This document shows positions 9,211 to 17,411 of a stretch of DNA of 41,487 nucleotides, one piece after another. The DNA is taken from positions 1 to 41,487 of IMG/VR virus record IMGVR_UViG_3300050505_000164. One strand, written 5' to 3'. How positions within the stretch are numbered: the first letter of the stretch is position 1; each line of letters starts with the position of its first letter. Under the pieces are notes generated by a model, which did no database searches, was not told the origin of the DNA, and saw only the letters and a program-made list of their open reading frames with translations. Source of the stretch: a virus. Position numbers and translations under genes: made by a program.

Positions 9211-9506
9211 TTCCTAAAATCATTATTGTTCTGTGTCTCTTGTTCGTCCTGATGGCCGCCCTCTTGCCATCTAGTCGAGTCGATGCATCTTTCCTTCAGA
9301 CCGGCGTCACGGCAACGGTAAGCCAACTATCCATAAAAGCCCCCGCCTGGAATTATGTCTGCACGTCCTCCGTTGGCTATCAACAGTGGTGTGCGATGGT
9401 GAAGGATTTGACGGCACTGAACAATCCGGACGTCGACGTTGTGCTCGGTAAGTACATCGATCATCTCGTTGACGTAAACGGTATTCAGATCTTCCCGAGG
9501 CCATAA
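9207..9506 (+). CDS. Small secreted or membrane-anchored protein
   Basis: GTG 9207 overlaps the upstream TGA (GTGA). N-terminus VIPKIIIVLCLLFVLMAALLPSSRVDAS is signal-peptide-like. Confidence 0.55.
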   Translation: MIPKIIIVLCLLFVLMAALLPSSRVDASFLQTGVTATVSQLSIKAPAWNYVCTSSVGYQQWCAMVKDLTALNNPDVDVVLGKYIDHLVDVNGIQIFPRP

Positions 9507-9518
9507 ACAGGGCGCTGA

Positions 9519-10034
9519 ATGTCCGACAATACCCAGCTCAATGCAGCCACGACAGTCGGCGATGTTATTGCCAGCGATGAGATCGGCGGTGTCAAATATC
9601 AGCGCGTCAAGCTGGACTTTGGCGCAGACGGTTCCGCAAGCGATGTTAGCCCCTCCAATCCGCTCCCAGTCCGACAACAAAATCCGGACGTTGTTACTGT
9701 CCGAGCGAACGTTACAGGAGCGCAGACCGATGCGGCTCTGGTTTCAGTTGGCCCTGGATCTCGAATCGTCGTTACGCGCTGTTCTATTTCTGTCGCTAAT
9801 AACGTTACAGCTGATCCTTCCTGTGTGATTGGATTTGGTTCCGCAAGTACCCCATCGACGTCGGGCGTTCTCTTCGCGCACCCCGGCATGGTGGCTGGTG
9901 GGCATTATCCCGAAGGAAACGGTGGCGGCGATTTGGGTAAAGGCGCGGACGGTGAAGACGTGCGAATTACCAACAGCGCTCCCACGGGCGGATCCTTCGA
10001 TGTCGTTCTCAGTTATTACGTGGTAGCAGCCTAG
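9519..10034 (+). CDS. Virion-module protein with Gly/Ser/Thr-rich beta-type domain
   Basis: 171-aa ORF. The C-terminal part (SRIVVTRCSISV...FDVVLSYYVVAA) resembles the C-termini of ORFs 1390, 1887 and 10047 by eye. Confidence 0.7.
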   Translation: MSDNTQLNAATTVGDVIASDEIGGVKYQRVKLDFGADGSASDVSPSNPLPVRQQNPDVVTVRANVTGAQTDAALVSVGPGSRIVVTRCSISVANNVTADPSCVIGFGSASTPSTSGVLFAHPGMVAGGHYPEGNGGGDLGKGADGEDVRITNSAPTGGSFDVVLSYYVVAA

Positions 10035-10046
10035 GGAGAAATTTCA

Positions 10047-11828
10047 GTGACAACGCGAAAGCTCGGATCAGTCCTTCTTCTGATTCTATGGTCGATCTCT
10101 ATCTGGGCGCAGCAAACGACCAATACTGTCAAAATCAACGGTACAACTACGGCGACAGGCAATGGGACAACCGATGCCGGAACCCAGCGCGTAACGATTT
10201 CGAGTGATTCCACGGGAAAAGTAGCCGTCACCAATGCAACAACTTCCAACCTTGCCACGTCGACTGACTTGGAAACCGTGCGGAATGCGCCGATCGCTAC
10301 AGCCGCAACAGGCATTATTAAAGTCGGGTTGACGGACGGGACCGGAAACGCGATCACCTCGACGGCTGGCGCTTTGAATGTGACGGCGACTCTCTCGCCG
10401 AGCGCGAGTCAGATCGTAACGACAGCATTGAATAACAGTTCTGGCACTGTCGCGGTGACGGGTTCCGCATCCGATGGCACGACCGCGACCTTTTCGCCGG
10501 TACTCGGTGGAGGGATGGATGGCACAGGAAAAGTCCAAACTTTTCTGACTTCTCCTTCCGGCGCTTTGGTTATTGACTCCACGGGTACGGCTATTCCGGT
10601 TTCCTTCAGTGCGGCTGCGTCTCAAATTGTCACCACCGCCTTGAACAATTCCAGCGGCACGGTAGCCGTTACCGGATCGGCTTCAGATGGCACGACCGCC
10701 ACATTTAGCCCCGTGCAGGGTGGTGGTGTCGATGTTAACGGTAAGATCCAGTCCTTCCTGGTGACCACAGGGGGAGCATTGGTGGTGGATTCGTCAGCGA
10801 CCAATACCACGGTCACCGGCACCGTCACGGCAACGCAAGGCACGGGCACGAACCTTCACGTTGTGACGGATGCCACATCCACAACGACCGTCACTCAAGC
10901 GACCGGCACCAATTTGCATGCCGTCCTTGATGCGACCTCGACGACGGCAGTGACTCAAGCCACTGGAACCAACTTACACGCAGTTACAGATTCAACTTCA
11001 CTGACGAATACGGTCCTTGGATTAGGCAGTGGGACATTAGCGGTTGTCGGTTCGGCCTCGGACGGCACGACGGCTACATTTAGCCCCGTCCAGGGCGGTG
11101 GCGTTGATGCAAATGGCAAAATCCAATCTTTCTTAGTCACGACGGGTGGCGCTCTCGTGGTGGATTCATCGGCAACCGCGACGACTGTTACTGGAACCGT
11201 GACAGTGGCCCAAGCCACGACCGCCAGTCTTCATGCCGCGGTCAGCGTCGAAGGCTTGGGAACGCCGGGAACCGCGATCGCTACCGGAAACGGTACAGTC
11301 AACACGGGAACTCAGCGAGTCACACTGGCTAGCGATTCCACGGGCCAGGTTACGGGCTCGGGCACAGCAGGAACCGCAGCGGCGGGCGTGCTTACTGTGC
11401 AGTTCGCCGATTCCGCAAATCCGTTTCAGACGATGTACTGCCCCACGAATGCATTCCGCATTGAGGGAACGACATCAGTCACGGGAACCACAAGTTCGAA
11501 CATCGTTTGGTTACGAAACAACGGCACGACAACGACCTTTACGAGTCCGCCCGGCTCAGGTCTGCGGTTCTATATCTATTCCGCGCAGTTGGTGAATAGC
11601 GGGGCAACCAACGTCACGGTGAATTTGAGTGCAGACGGAGCCGCGGGCGTGCCACCGACCACCTTGGCGACCTGGGTAGCGCCGACGAATACGACGCCAT
11701 TTGGTGGTTCGAATATGCAGTTTCCAAGTGGCATGTTTACACCGACTACCGGAAGAGCGCTGAGCATTGTCGCGTCGGGATCGTCAACGACGGTCTATGC
11801 AAATATCCAGGGGTGTCTCGGGCCATGA
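10047..11828 (+). CDS. Tail fibre-like protein with internal repeats and N-terminal signal-like peptide
   Basis: GGGAG SD upstream of GTG 10047. Thr/Gly/Ser/Ala-rich 593 aa. About 71-aa repeats (SQIVTTALNNSSGTVAVTGSASDGTTATFSPV...) and 3 x 20-aa repeats (TQATGTNLHAV.DATSTT.V). Confidence 0.8.
   Translation: MTTRKLGSVLLLILWSISIWAQQTTNTVKINGTTTATGNGTTDAGTQRVTISSDSTGKVAVTNATTSNLATSTDLETVRNAPIATAATGIIKVGLTDGTGNAITSTAGALNVTATLSPSASQIVTTALNNSSGTVAVTGSASDGTTATFSPVLGGGMDGTGKVQTFLTSPSGALVIDSTGTAIPVSFSAAASQIVTTALNNSSGTVAVTGSASDGTTATFSPVQGGGVDVNGKIQSFLVTTGGALVVDSSATNTTVTGTVTATQGTGTNLHVVTDATSTTTVTQATGTNLHAVLDATSTTAVTQATGTNLHAVTDSTSLTNTVLGLGSGTLAVVGSASDGTTATFSPVQGGGVDANGKIQSFLVTTGGALVVDSSATATTVTGTVTVAQATTASLHAAVSVEGLGTPGTAIATGNGTVNTGTQRVTLASDSTGQVTGSGTAGTAAAGVLTVQFADSANPFQTMYCPTNAFRIEGTTSVTGTTSSNIVWLRNNGTTTTFTSPPGSGLRFYIYSAQLVNSGATNVTVNLSADGAAGVPPTTLATWVAPTNTTPFGGSNMQFPSGMFTPTTGRALSIVASGSSTTVYANIQGCLGP
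10407..11204 (+). repeat. Protein-level tandem repeats inside the tail-fibre gene
   Basis: Repeat 1 is aa 121-191 (10407-10619) and repeat 2 is aa 192-262 (10620-10832). Three 20-aa units follow (10833-11015), then a partial third long repeat (11022-11204). Amino acids are conserved but many synonymous sites differ. Confidence 0.85.
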
Positions 11829-12601
11829 ACATGAGAAAGCTCTATCCGATTTTCTTTGTCCTTTTGCTGTTCCTACGATGTAACTCTGCCTTTGCCGTAA
11901 TCGCCCATGCGCAAACATTCAAAGCAGTCGGTTCGGGCACCTCATTAGCACTTGGGGCGCACACCTATACCGCTGGGAACATGATCGTATGTGGGGCGGA
12001 TAGCTTCCGGAGCGCCGGGGGGAGCGCCATCTCCTCCATTACCAGTGCGGGCGACACGCTCACGGGGCCCGATAAGGCATTAACGAACGGCAATTTCCGG
12101 GTAGAAATCTGGTCGAAATACAACATTGCTGGCGGTTCTCAGAACTACACCGTCAGTTATGGAGCCACCTCTCAGGACGGTATTACTTTCTTTTGTTCCG
12201 AGTTCTCCGGAATGGGAACCACGAAGACTGTCGATGGTGCCGGCGCAAGCGCATCGGGGTCTTCAAGCAGTCCCGCTTCGGGAAGTTTCTCAACCACGGG
12301 TTCCAACGCCCTGCTGATTGGACTTCATTCGAACGGCTCCGATCGTAACCCGGAAACCATCAATACCGGATCGGGATGGTCTGTAGATGCAACGAACGGC
12401 AAGGAAACGAATGGTGCGGCGAACCTCTGTGGCGGCATGGAATACCAACTCAATAAAACGGGCGCATCGTATAACGGCGATTGGTCGTTGGGCGCATCCT
12501 TTTCATGGACAGCGGTGGCGATTGGATTTGACGATGCGGGTGGGGGCGCGAGCTTTAAGCCTTATTCGTTGCCCATTACCGGAGTGGGACAACGCGAATA
12601 G
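11825..12601 (+). CDS. Secreted-type virion-module protein, function unknown
   Basis: ATG 11825 forms an ATGA overlap with the tail-fibre stop. N-terminus MNMRKLYPIFFVLLLFLRCNSAFA is signal-like. Confidence 0.75.
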   Translation: MNMRKLYPIFFVLLLFLRCNSAFAVIAHAQTFKAVGSGTSLALGAHTYTAGNMIVCGADSFRSAGGSAISSITSAGDTLTGPDKALTNGNFRVEIWSKYNIAGGSQNYTVSYGATSQDGITFFCSEFSGMGTTKTVDGAGASASGSSSSPASGSFSTTGSNALLIGLHSNGSDRNPETINTGSGWSVDATNGKETNGAANLCGGMEYQLNKTGASYNGDWSLGASFSWTAVAIGFDDAGGGASFKPYSLPITGVGQRE

Positions 12602-12871
12602 ATGCTCTTACCGTTACTCGCCAACTTGGGAACCGCTGGAGGTGGGGCGACTCCGGAACCTCCGATAGTTTGCATTCCGTTTCGTTCCTCGCAGGTCCCG
12701 GAGTCTCTTCTAAGGTCGGAAGTCTTAGTGAGTAGCCTTTTACGCTCGTCTCTATTGCCGTCGAATAATCGGCGCTCTGCTGTCCAGCCCTCAAGCGTGC
12801 GGAGGAGTTCCGTTCTGCCGGAAACGGTGGCGCGCGATGTCATCGTTCCGGTGGATTGCGCTGACGAATGA
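12602..12871 (+). CDS. Doubtful small ORF filling the 12602-12867 gap
   Basis: The ATG abuts the upstream TAG, and the ORF ends in an ATGA overlap with the next gene. However, the Ser/Leu/Arg-rich product and frequent tta/cta/ata/agg codons are atypical for this genome. Confidence 0.35.
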   Translation: MLLPLLANLGTAGGGATPEPPIVCIPFRSSQVPESLLRSEVLVSSLLRSSLLPSNNRRSAVQPSSVRRSSVLPETVARDVIVPVDCADE

Positions 12872-14718
12872 GCCGAAATTTACAGACCCAAACAATCAAG
12901 CGATTTCGTGGCTTGAACGTCTGGACATCGTTCGCGGCAACTTCACCGGAATTTGCATCGGATCTGCTCAACGTCATCCCTTCCTCATCCGGCGCTGTTG
13001 AGAAACTGCGCGTGCCGGTGGATCTCAGCGAAGCCATTACGGGACTGGGTTCGGGGCCGGAACGGTTTCAGCAGTATCAGAATTCCGCCGGCGCGCGCCA
13101 GGTCATCGCTCAGTTTGGAACGGATCTCTACAGCTACGATCTCGATTGGGTCTCCACGTTGATCGACTCGGATCCGGACAACGCCGATCTCTTCGATTTC
13201 ATTGAATCCAACAATCTCTTTTTCGGTGTCAACGGAACACGAAACCTGAAGTGGGATGGAGCCTCGATCTCAAAATGGGGCATTGATCCACCATCCGCTG
13301 CACCCACACTCGGAGCGACGCCAGCTGGCGCGCTGACATTTACGTTGGGTGGACGGCGATACCGGATCTCTTTCGGAAATTCCGTCACGGGTCATATTGG
13401 AAATGCATCGGACGCATCCGCGGCAACCGGCAACCTGGCTACGCAGGAACAGATTGTAACGGGGCCGGCGTCGACGGATCCACAATGTGATCTCGCGATC
13501 CTCTGGGCAACGGTCGATGGAGGAGGGGATTATTACTTTGCTCAGGAAATCACGATCGTTCCCCTGGCAGCGCCGAGCTTCACCGATAACACACCCGACG
13601 ATAATCTGAATTTCGCGCTGATCGCGCCATTAATCAACGACGTTCCCCCGGTAGGAAAGTACTTGGCTACGTTCCAGGGACGAACGTTCATCTTGAATCT
13701 GACCGAAGATCATCAGGGCGTGGCTTACAGCGGTTACGAACGGATCCTGGTGGGACGTCCGGAAGAGTCTTTCCCGGAGAACAACCGGTTACGCCTGGCT
13801 CTCGGTGCCGATGACATTCGGGGAGCAGGCGCGATCGCCAACGGTCTCGTCATCTTCTCCCGTTCAAATCAGATGTTCATCCTGCGGGGCATTCTGCAGG
13901 ATGTGACGGTCGATGCTCCAGTGCAGCTCAGCGCGTTCCTGCAACCGTTGCCCTGGAGTCAGGGTTGTTTCTCACACTATTCGATCGCGGAAACCCCACA
14001 AGGCTTGGTCTGGCTGGCATCCGATAAAACGATCCAGATCTATGACGGCCAGAATCCGCCGCAATCGTTATCGAAGTACATCAATCCCATCCTTCGCCGG
14101 ATCACCGCCGGCAGTGAAGAGAACGCACGTGGGGAATTCTTCAACTACCTCGAGCGGGAATGGTACGTCCTGACCGTCTCGATCGATAACAGCGCGACGA
14201 ACAACCTGATGATCATCATCGATCTGGATCCCGATGCGGAGAGTAATGGCGGCATCTTCATTTCGGACATCGAAGCGGATGATGTCGGAACCGTTGAAGA
14301 CGCATCCGGTAATCGATCACTGGTTATCGCCGCGGAAGGCCTCCTGAAGCAGTTCATCGCGTTGAGCGACACCGTCAACGGGATTTCGGATCCGATCACG
14401 GCGACCGAAGAGGAAATGAACGCGTACTGGCGTTCGTCTCCATTTGGTGGTGAAGCTCCGGGATTGATGAAGATCTTCCGGTTTGCGCACATCGTGACCG
14501 ATCAGTCCGGATTCCGGATCCAGACGCGACTGATTACCGAGGCGGAAGATTTCCGCAATCCTACGCTTGGTCTGATGGATCCTCTACCGGAAGACGGCCG
14601 CTATCCAGTCAATCAGAAGGGACGCCGACTGATGTACGAAATTCAATTCCCGGCAGAGGATGTGTCGGCGAATCTCCTCGAGCTCTCAAACTCATATATT
14701 CCGCTGGGAGAACGGTGA
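12868..14718 (+). CDS. Large virion structural protein (tail/nozzle candidate)
   Basis: 616-aa ORF in the coupled late operon upstream of ejection-like proteins. No motif recognised; call by size and position. Confidence 0.75.
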   Translation: MSRNLQTQTIKRFRGLNVWTSFAATSPEFASDLLNVIPSSSGAVEKLRVPVDLSEAITGLGSGPERFQQYQNSAGARQVIAQFGTDLYSYDLDWVSTLIDSDPDNADLFDFIESNNLFFGVNGTRNLKWDGASISKWGIDPPSAAPTLGATPAGALTFTLGGRRYRISFGNSVTGHIGNASDASAATGNLATQEQIVTGPASTDPQCDLAILWATVDGGGDYYFAQEITIVPLAAPSFTDNTPDDNLNFALIAPLINDVPPVGKYLATFQGRTFILNLTEDHQGVAYSGYERILVGRPEESFPENNRLRLALGADDIRGAGAIANGLVIFSRSNQMFILRGILQDVTVDAPVQLSAFLQPLPWSQGCFSHYSIAETPQGLVWLASDKTIQIYDGQNPPQSLSKYINPILRRITAGSEENARGEFFNYLEREWYVLTVSIDNSATNNLMIIIDLDPDAESNGGIFISDIEADDVGTVEDASGNRSLVIAAEGLLKQFIALSDTVNGISDPITATEEEMNAYWRSSPFGGEAPGLMKIFRFAHIVTDQSGFRIQTRLITEAEDFRNPTLGLMDPLPEDGRYPVNQKGRRLMYEIQFPAEDVSANLLELSNSYIPLGER

Positions 14719-14719
14719 C

Positions 14720-15223
14720 ATGGCGGACTCATTAACCACGATTGGGAACATTCCGCTGTCCTTTCCACCGGAACAGCAGATGTTTCTCCAAACACTCGTC
14801 AACGCGATCAAGAATCTGCAGACAAGTGTCATCCCACCGAACCCGCCGACGAACTTCACGGTAACCCCGAAAGCCGGCGGGAACATCATCCAGTTCACCA
14901 GGAGCGATGGGGATAGCTATTCCGTCTACCGAAATACCACGCCGAATCTGAATGGCGCACAGCGATTCGATCTGGGTCTCGGCAATGAATACGTCGACGA
15001 CATCGGTGCGGATGGGATCACGCTGTACTACTGGGTGCGTGCGAAGCTGGGTCAATTGTCGAGTACTCGAGTGGGGCCGATCGCTGGGACGACCCTGGCG
15101 CTGGGCACGGCAATCACGCCACCGACACCGCCGCCGGGGAGTCAAACTCCAACATCATCGAACGAAGACAACCAGGTTATTCCGGGCTATCCGTCCGGAG
15201 GCACGTACCAGGAGGATCTATGA
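14720..15223 (+). CDS. Virion protein with fibronectin-type-III-like segment
   Basis: ATG 14720 is preceded by GGGAGAA. The segment PPTNFTVTPKAGGNIIQFTRSDGDSYSVYRNT...YYWVRA resembles an FN3 beta-sandwich signature. Confidence 0.65.
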   Translation: MADSLTTIGNIPLSFPPEQQMFLQTLVNAIKNLQTSVIPPNPPTNFTVTPKAGGNIIQFTRSDGDSYSVYRNTTPNLNGAQRFDLGLGNEYVDDIGADGITLYYWVRAKLGQLSSTRVGPIAGTTLALGTAITPPTPPPGSQTPTSSNEDNQVIPGYPSGGTYQEDL

Positions 15224-15891
15224 AAAAGAAAGCCATCGCACCATCTGCACCGCAGCAGCAGGCGAGTCAACTGGTCACCCAGGACACGGCCGCACGGGAC
15301 AAACAGATTGCGAACGTCAACCAGCAACAGCAGCAATCCCAGGAAACATTGAACGCGGCGAAACCCACGCTCTCCAGAATCACAGCTGTTGATCCTGGAA
15401 CGGGCACCACGGCATTACGGAAGGCGTTGACCACTTCCCTCACCTCTTCGACAACGAACGCGTATAACAACGCTCTCGTCGCGGCACGGGCTAGAGGATT
15501 GCAAGCCGGTCTCCAGAATCAACCGATGCATGTTGGCAATCAGGCTGCGATCGAGAACGAACGCGCGAAAGCGTTGAGTCAGATTCCTGGTCAGGTGGAG
15601 CAGCAGGCGACCCAGGAAGAGCTCCAGGCGGTCGGTTTACAGAATTCCCAGGCGGGACTCGAGAACGCGATCGCGGGGACGGGCGTGTCGGCCGCTTCGC
15701 AGTACAACCCGAATGGCGCGCTATCGACGGAAGCGCAGCTTGAAGCCCAGCGACAGCAACAGGAAGAACTCGCGAATCAACGGCGCGGTGGATTGTGGAA
15801 GGGTCTGGCGAAGGTTGGATTGGCCGCCGCGGCGCCATTCACCGGCGGATCCACGGCGTTGGCACTCGGTGGGATCGGTAAGGCTCTCTAA
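15220..15891 (+). CDS. Gln/Ala-rich internal virion (ejection-like) protein
   Basis: ATGA overlap upstream. 223 aa, low-complexity Gln/Ala-rich with a Gly/Ala hydrophobic C-terminus (GLAKVGLAAAAPFTGGSTALALGGIG). Confidence 0.65.
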   Translation: MKKKAIAPSAPQQQASQLVTQDTAARDKQIANVNQQQQQSQETLNAAKPTLSRITAVDPGTGTTALRKALTTSLTSSTTNAYNNALVAARARGLQAGLQNQPMHVGNQAAIENERAKALSQIPGQVEQQATQEELQAVGLQNSQAGLENAIAGTGVSAASQYNPNGALSTEAQLEAQRQQQEELANQRRGGLWKGLAKVGLAAAAPFTGGSTALALGGIGKAL

Positions 15892-15902
15892 AAAGGAGAC
15901 TC

Positions 15903-17411
15903 ATGAGCGTATTGAGCTTTCTACAAGGTCCAAAGCGGTCCTTAATGGATCGTTTGCGGGGTGTGAACCAGGAAGAAGAGCAGATTCCAGGTTCCGACGC
16001 CCATGTGAACGGTACGCCGGCAGCAGAAGATCGTCCATCACTCGCAGCCGAACTCAATACGCAGGCTTTGCCGCAAATGAAACCCTCGCTCCGGGACGAA
16101 TTGATATCAAAACCATCGATCCGCGCGGAGCTGGCGCCGGGAGCTTCGAGACTCGATCAGCTTCAATCCAAATACGACGCGGTTGGCGCTCCGCCGACAA
16201 CATTCAAAGGCAAGTTGAAGCAATCTCTCGCCACGGTACTGCCAACAGTCGCCGGCGCGATCTTCGGCGGGAGCTCCGGGGCGACGGGTGCGACGGAGGG
16301 GACACTCGAGACTCTCGATACTCAACGGCAGAGCCAGGCGACTGAACGAAAATCGTTACGGGAGGAAATGGAAGCGGAACGGCAACGCAACGAACGGATG
16401 GGCGAACGGCAGCTTACCGCCGATACCGCGCGCCAAACTTCAGCCGATCGTCTCGCTCAAGCCACAGCGACCAATAGTCTCCGGCAGGATCTGGCGGATT
16501 CCACGAATCAATTGAAACGGGATATCGCGGCGGCAACCGATACAACGAAACGGCGCGCCCAGGATGCGAGTCTTCGAGAGAAAGGATTCAAGTTCGACGC
16601 GGACGGGAATCCGGTTGCGCTCGATCGGACGGAGCTGTCACCGAAGCAACTGGCTGATCTCGAGACAACTGAAGCGCTCACCGCATATCGACAAGCGCAG
16701 AAGGATCACGCCCAGGCCCAGGCGGAATTTGAACGAACGAAGAATGATCCGAAGTCTCCCGCATTCCAGCAGGCCCAGCAACGATTGAACATCACCGCTC
16801 AGCGTTTAGATCTCAGTAAACAGCAATTTGAAATGCGAGCATTCGGAACGAATCAAGGAGAGGCGTTGCCGGGTTCGATGATTGCCGATAATGGGCAGGC
16901 GGTGGGAACAGCGTTTCAAGTGAATGTCCGACCGACCGGAGCGGAACGAGGCAAGGCGGATCTCGCCAACAGCGCCCACGAACAGCTGGGCAAGATGAAA
17001 AGTATCGTGCAGAGCAGACCGGATATCTTCGGGCCCATCGAAGGCCGGACGACAGACTTTTCCGTCTGGGTTGGATCTCAAGATCCGGACGCGCAACGAT
17101 TCCGAGCGGCCCGCACGATTGCAGGAGATCATTTGGCTGGTGTATTCGGCGGACGATCTGAAGCTGCACTGAGTGCGCTCGACGAAGCCATTGGACACTT
17201 CAAAGACAATCCTGAAGCGGTCCTTGCTGGACTGGACCAGCTGGATAAGGCGAATGACTCCTTTATTAAAGCAGGGACCGTCAGGACGACTGGAAGTACG
17301 GCAGAAAAGAAACAAGCAGTTATCCAGCAACGCAACAAAATAACCGGCGCCGATCGGTACTCCACCGACGGAGGGAAAACATGGCACAACGGCAAGCCGC
17401 CAAATCGTTAG
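15903..17411 (+). CDS. Coiled-coil internal virion (ejection-like) protein
   Basis: AAGGAG SD upstream. 502 aa, highly charged/helical central part (ERKSLREEMEAERQRNERMGERQL...). Confidence 0.7.
   Translation: MSVLSFLQGPKRSLMDRLRGVNQEEEQIPGSDAHVNGTPAAEDRPSLAAELNTQALPQMKPSLRDELISKPSIRAELAPGASRLDQLQSKYDAVGAPPTTFKGKLKQSLATVLPTVAGAIFGGSSGATGATEGTLETLDTQRQSQATERKSLREEMEAERQRNERMGERQLTADTARQTSADRLAQATATNSLRQDLADSTNQLKRDIAAATDTTKRRAQDASLREKGFKFDADGNPVALDRTELSPKQLADLETTEALTAYRQAQKDHAQAQAEFERTKNDPKSPAFQQAQQRLNITAQRLDLSKQQFEMRAFGTNQGEALPGSMIADNGQAVGTAFQVNVRPTGAERGKADLANSAHEQLGKMKSIVQSRPDIFGPIEGRTTDFSVWVGSQDPDAQRFRAARTIAGDHLAGVFGGRSEAALSALDEAIGHFKDNPEAVLAGLDQLDKANDSFIKAGTVRTTGSTAEKKQAVIQQRNKITGADRYSTDGGKTWHNGKPPNR

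Noticed and set aside
15903-17411. Tape measure protein
   Set aside because: It is only 502 aa and sits after the large tail protein rather than after chaperones. No tail tube or sheath genes are present. It fits an ejection/internal protein better.
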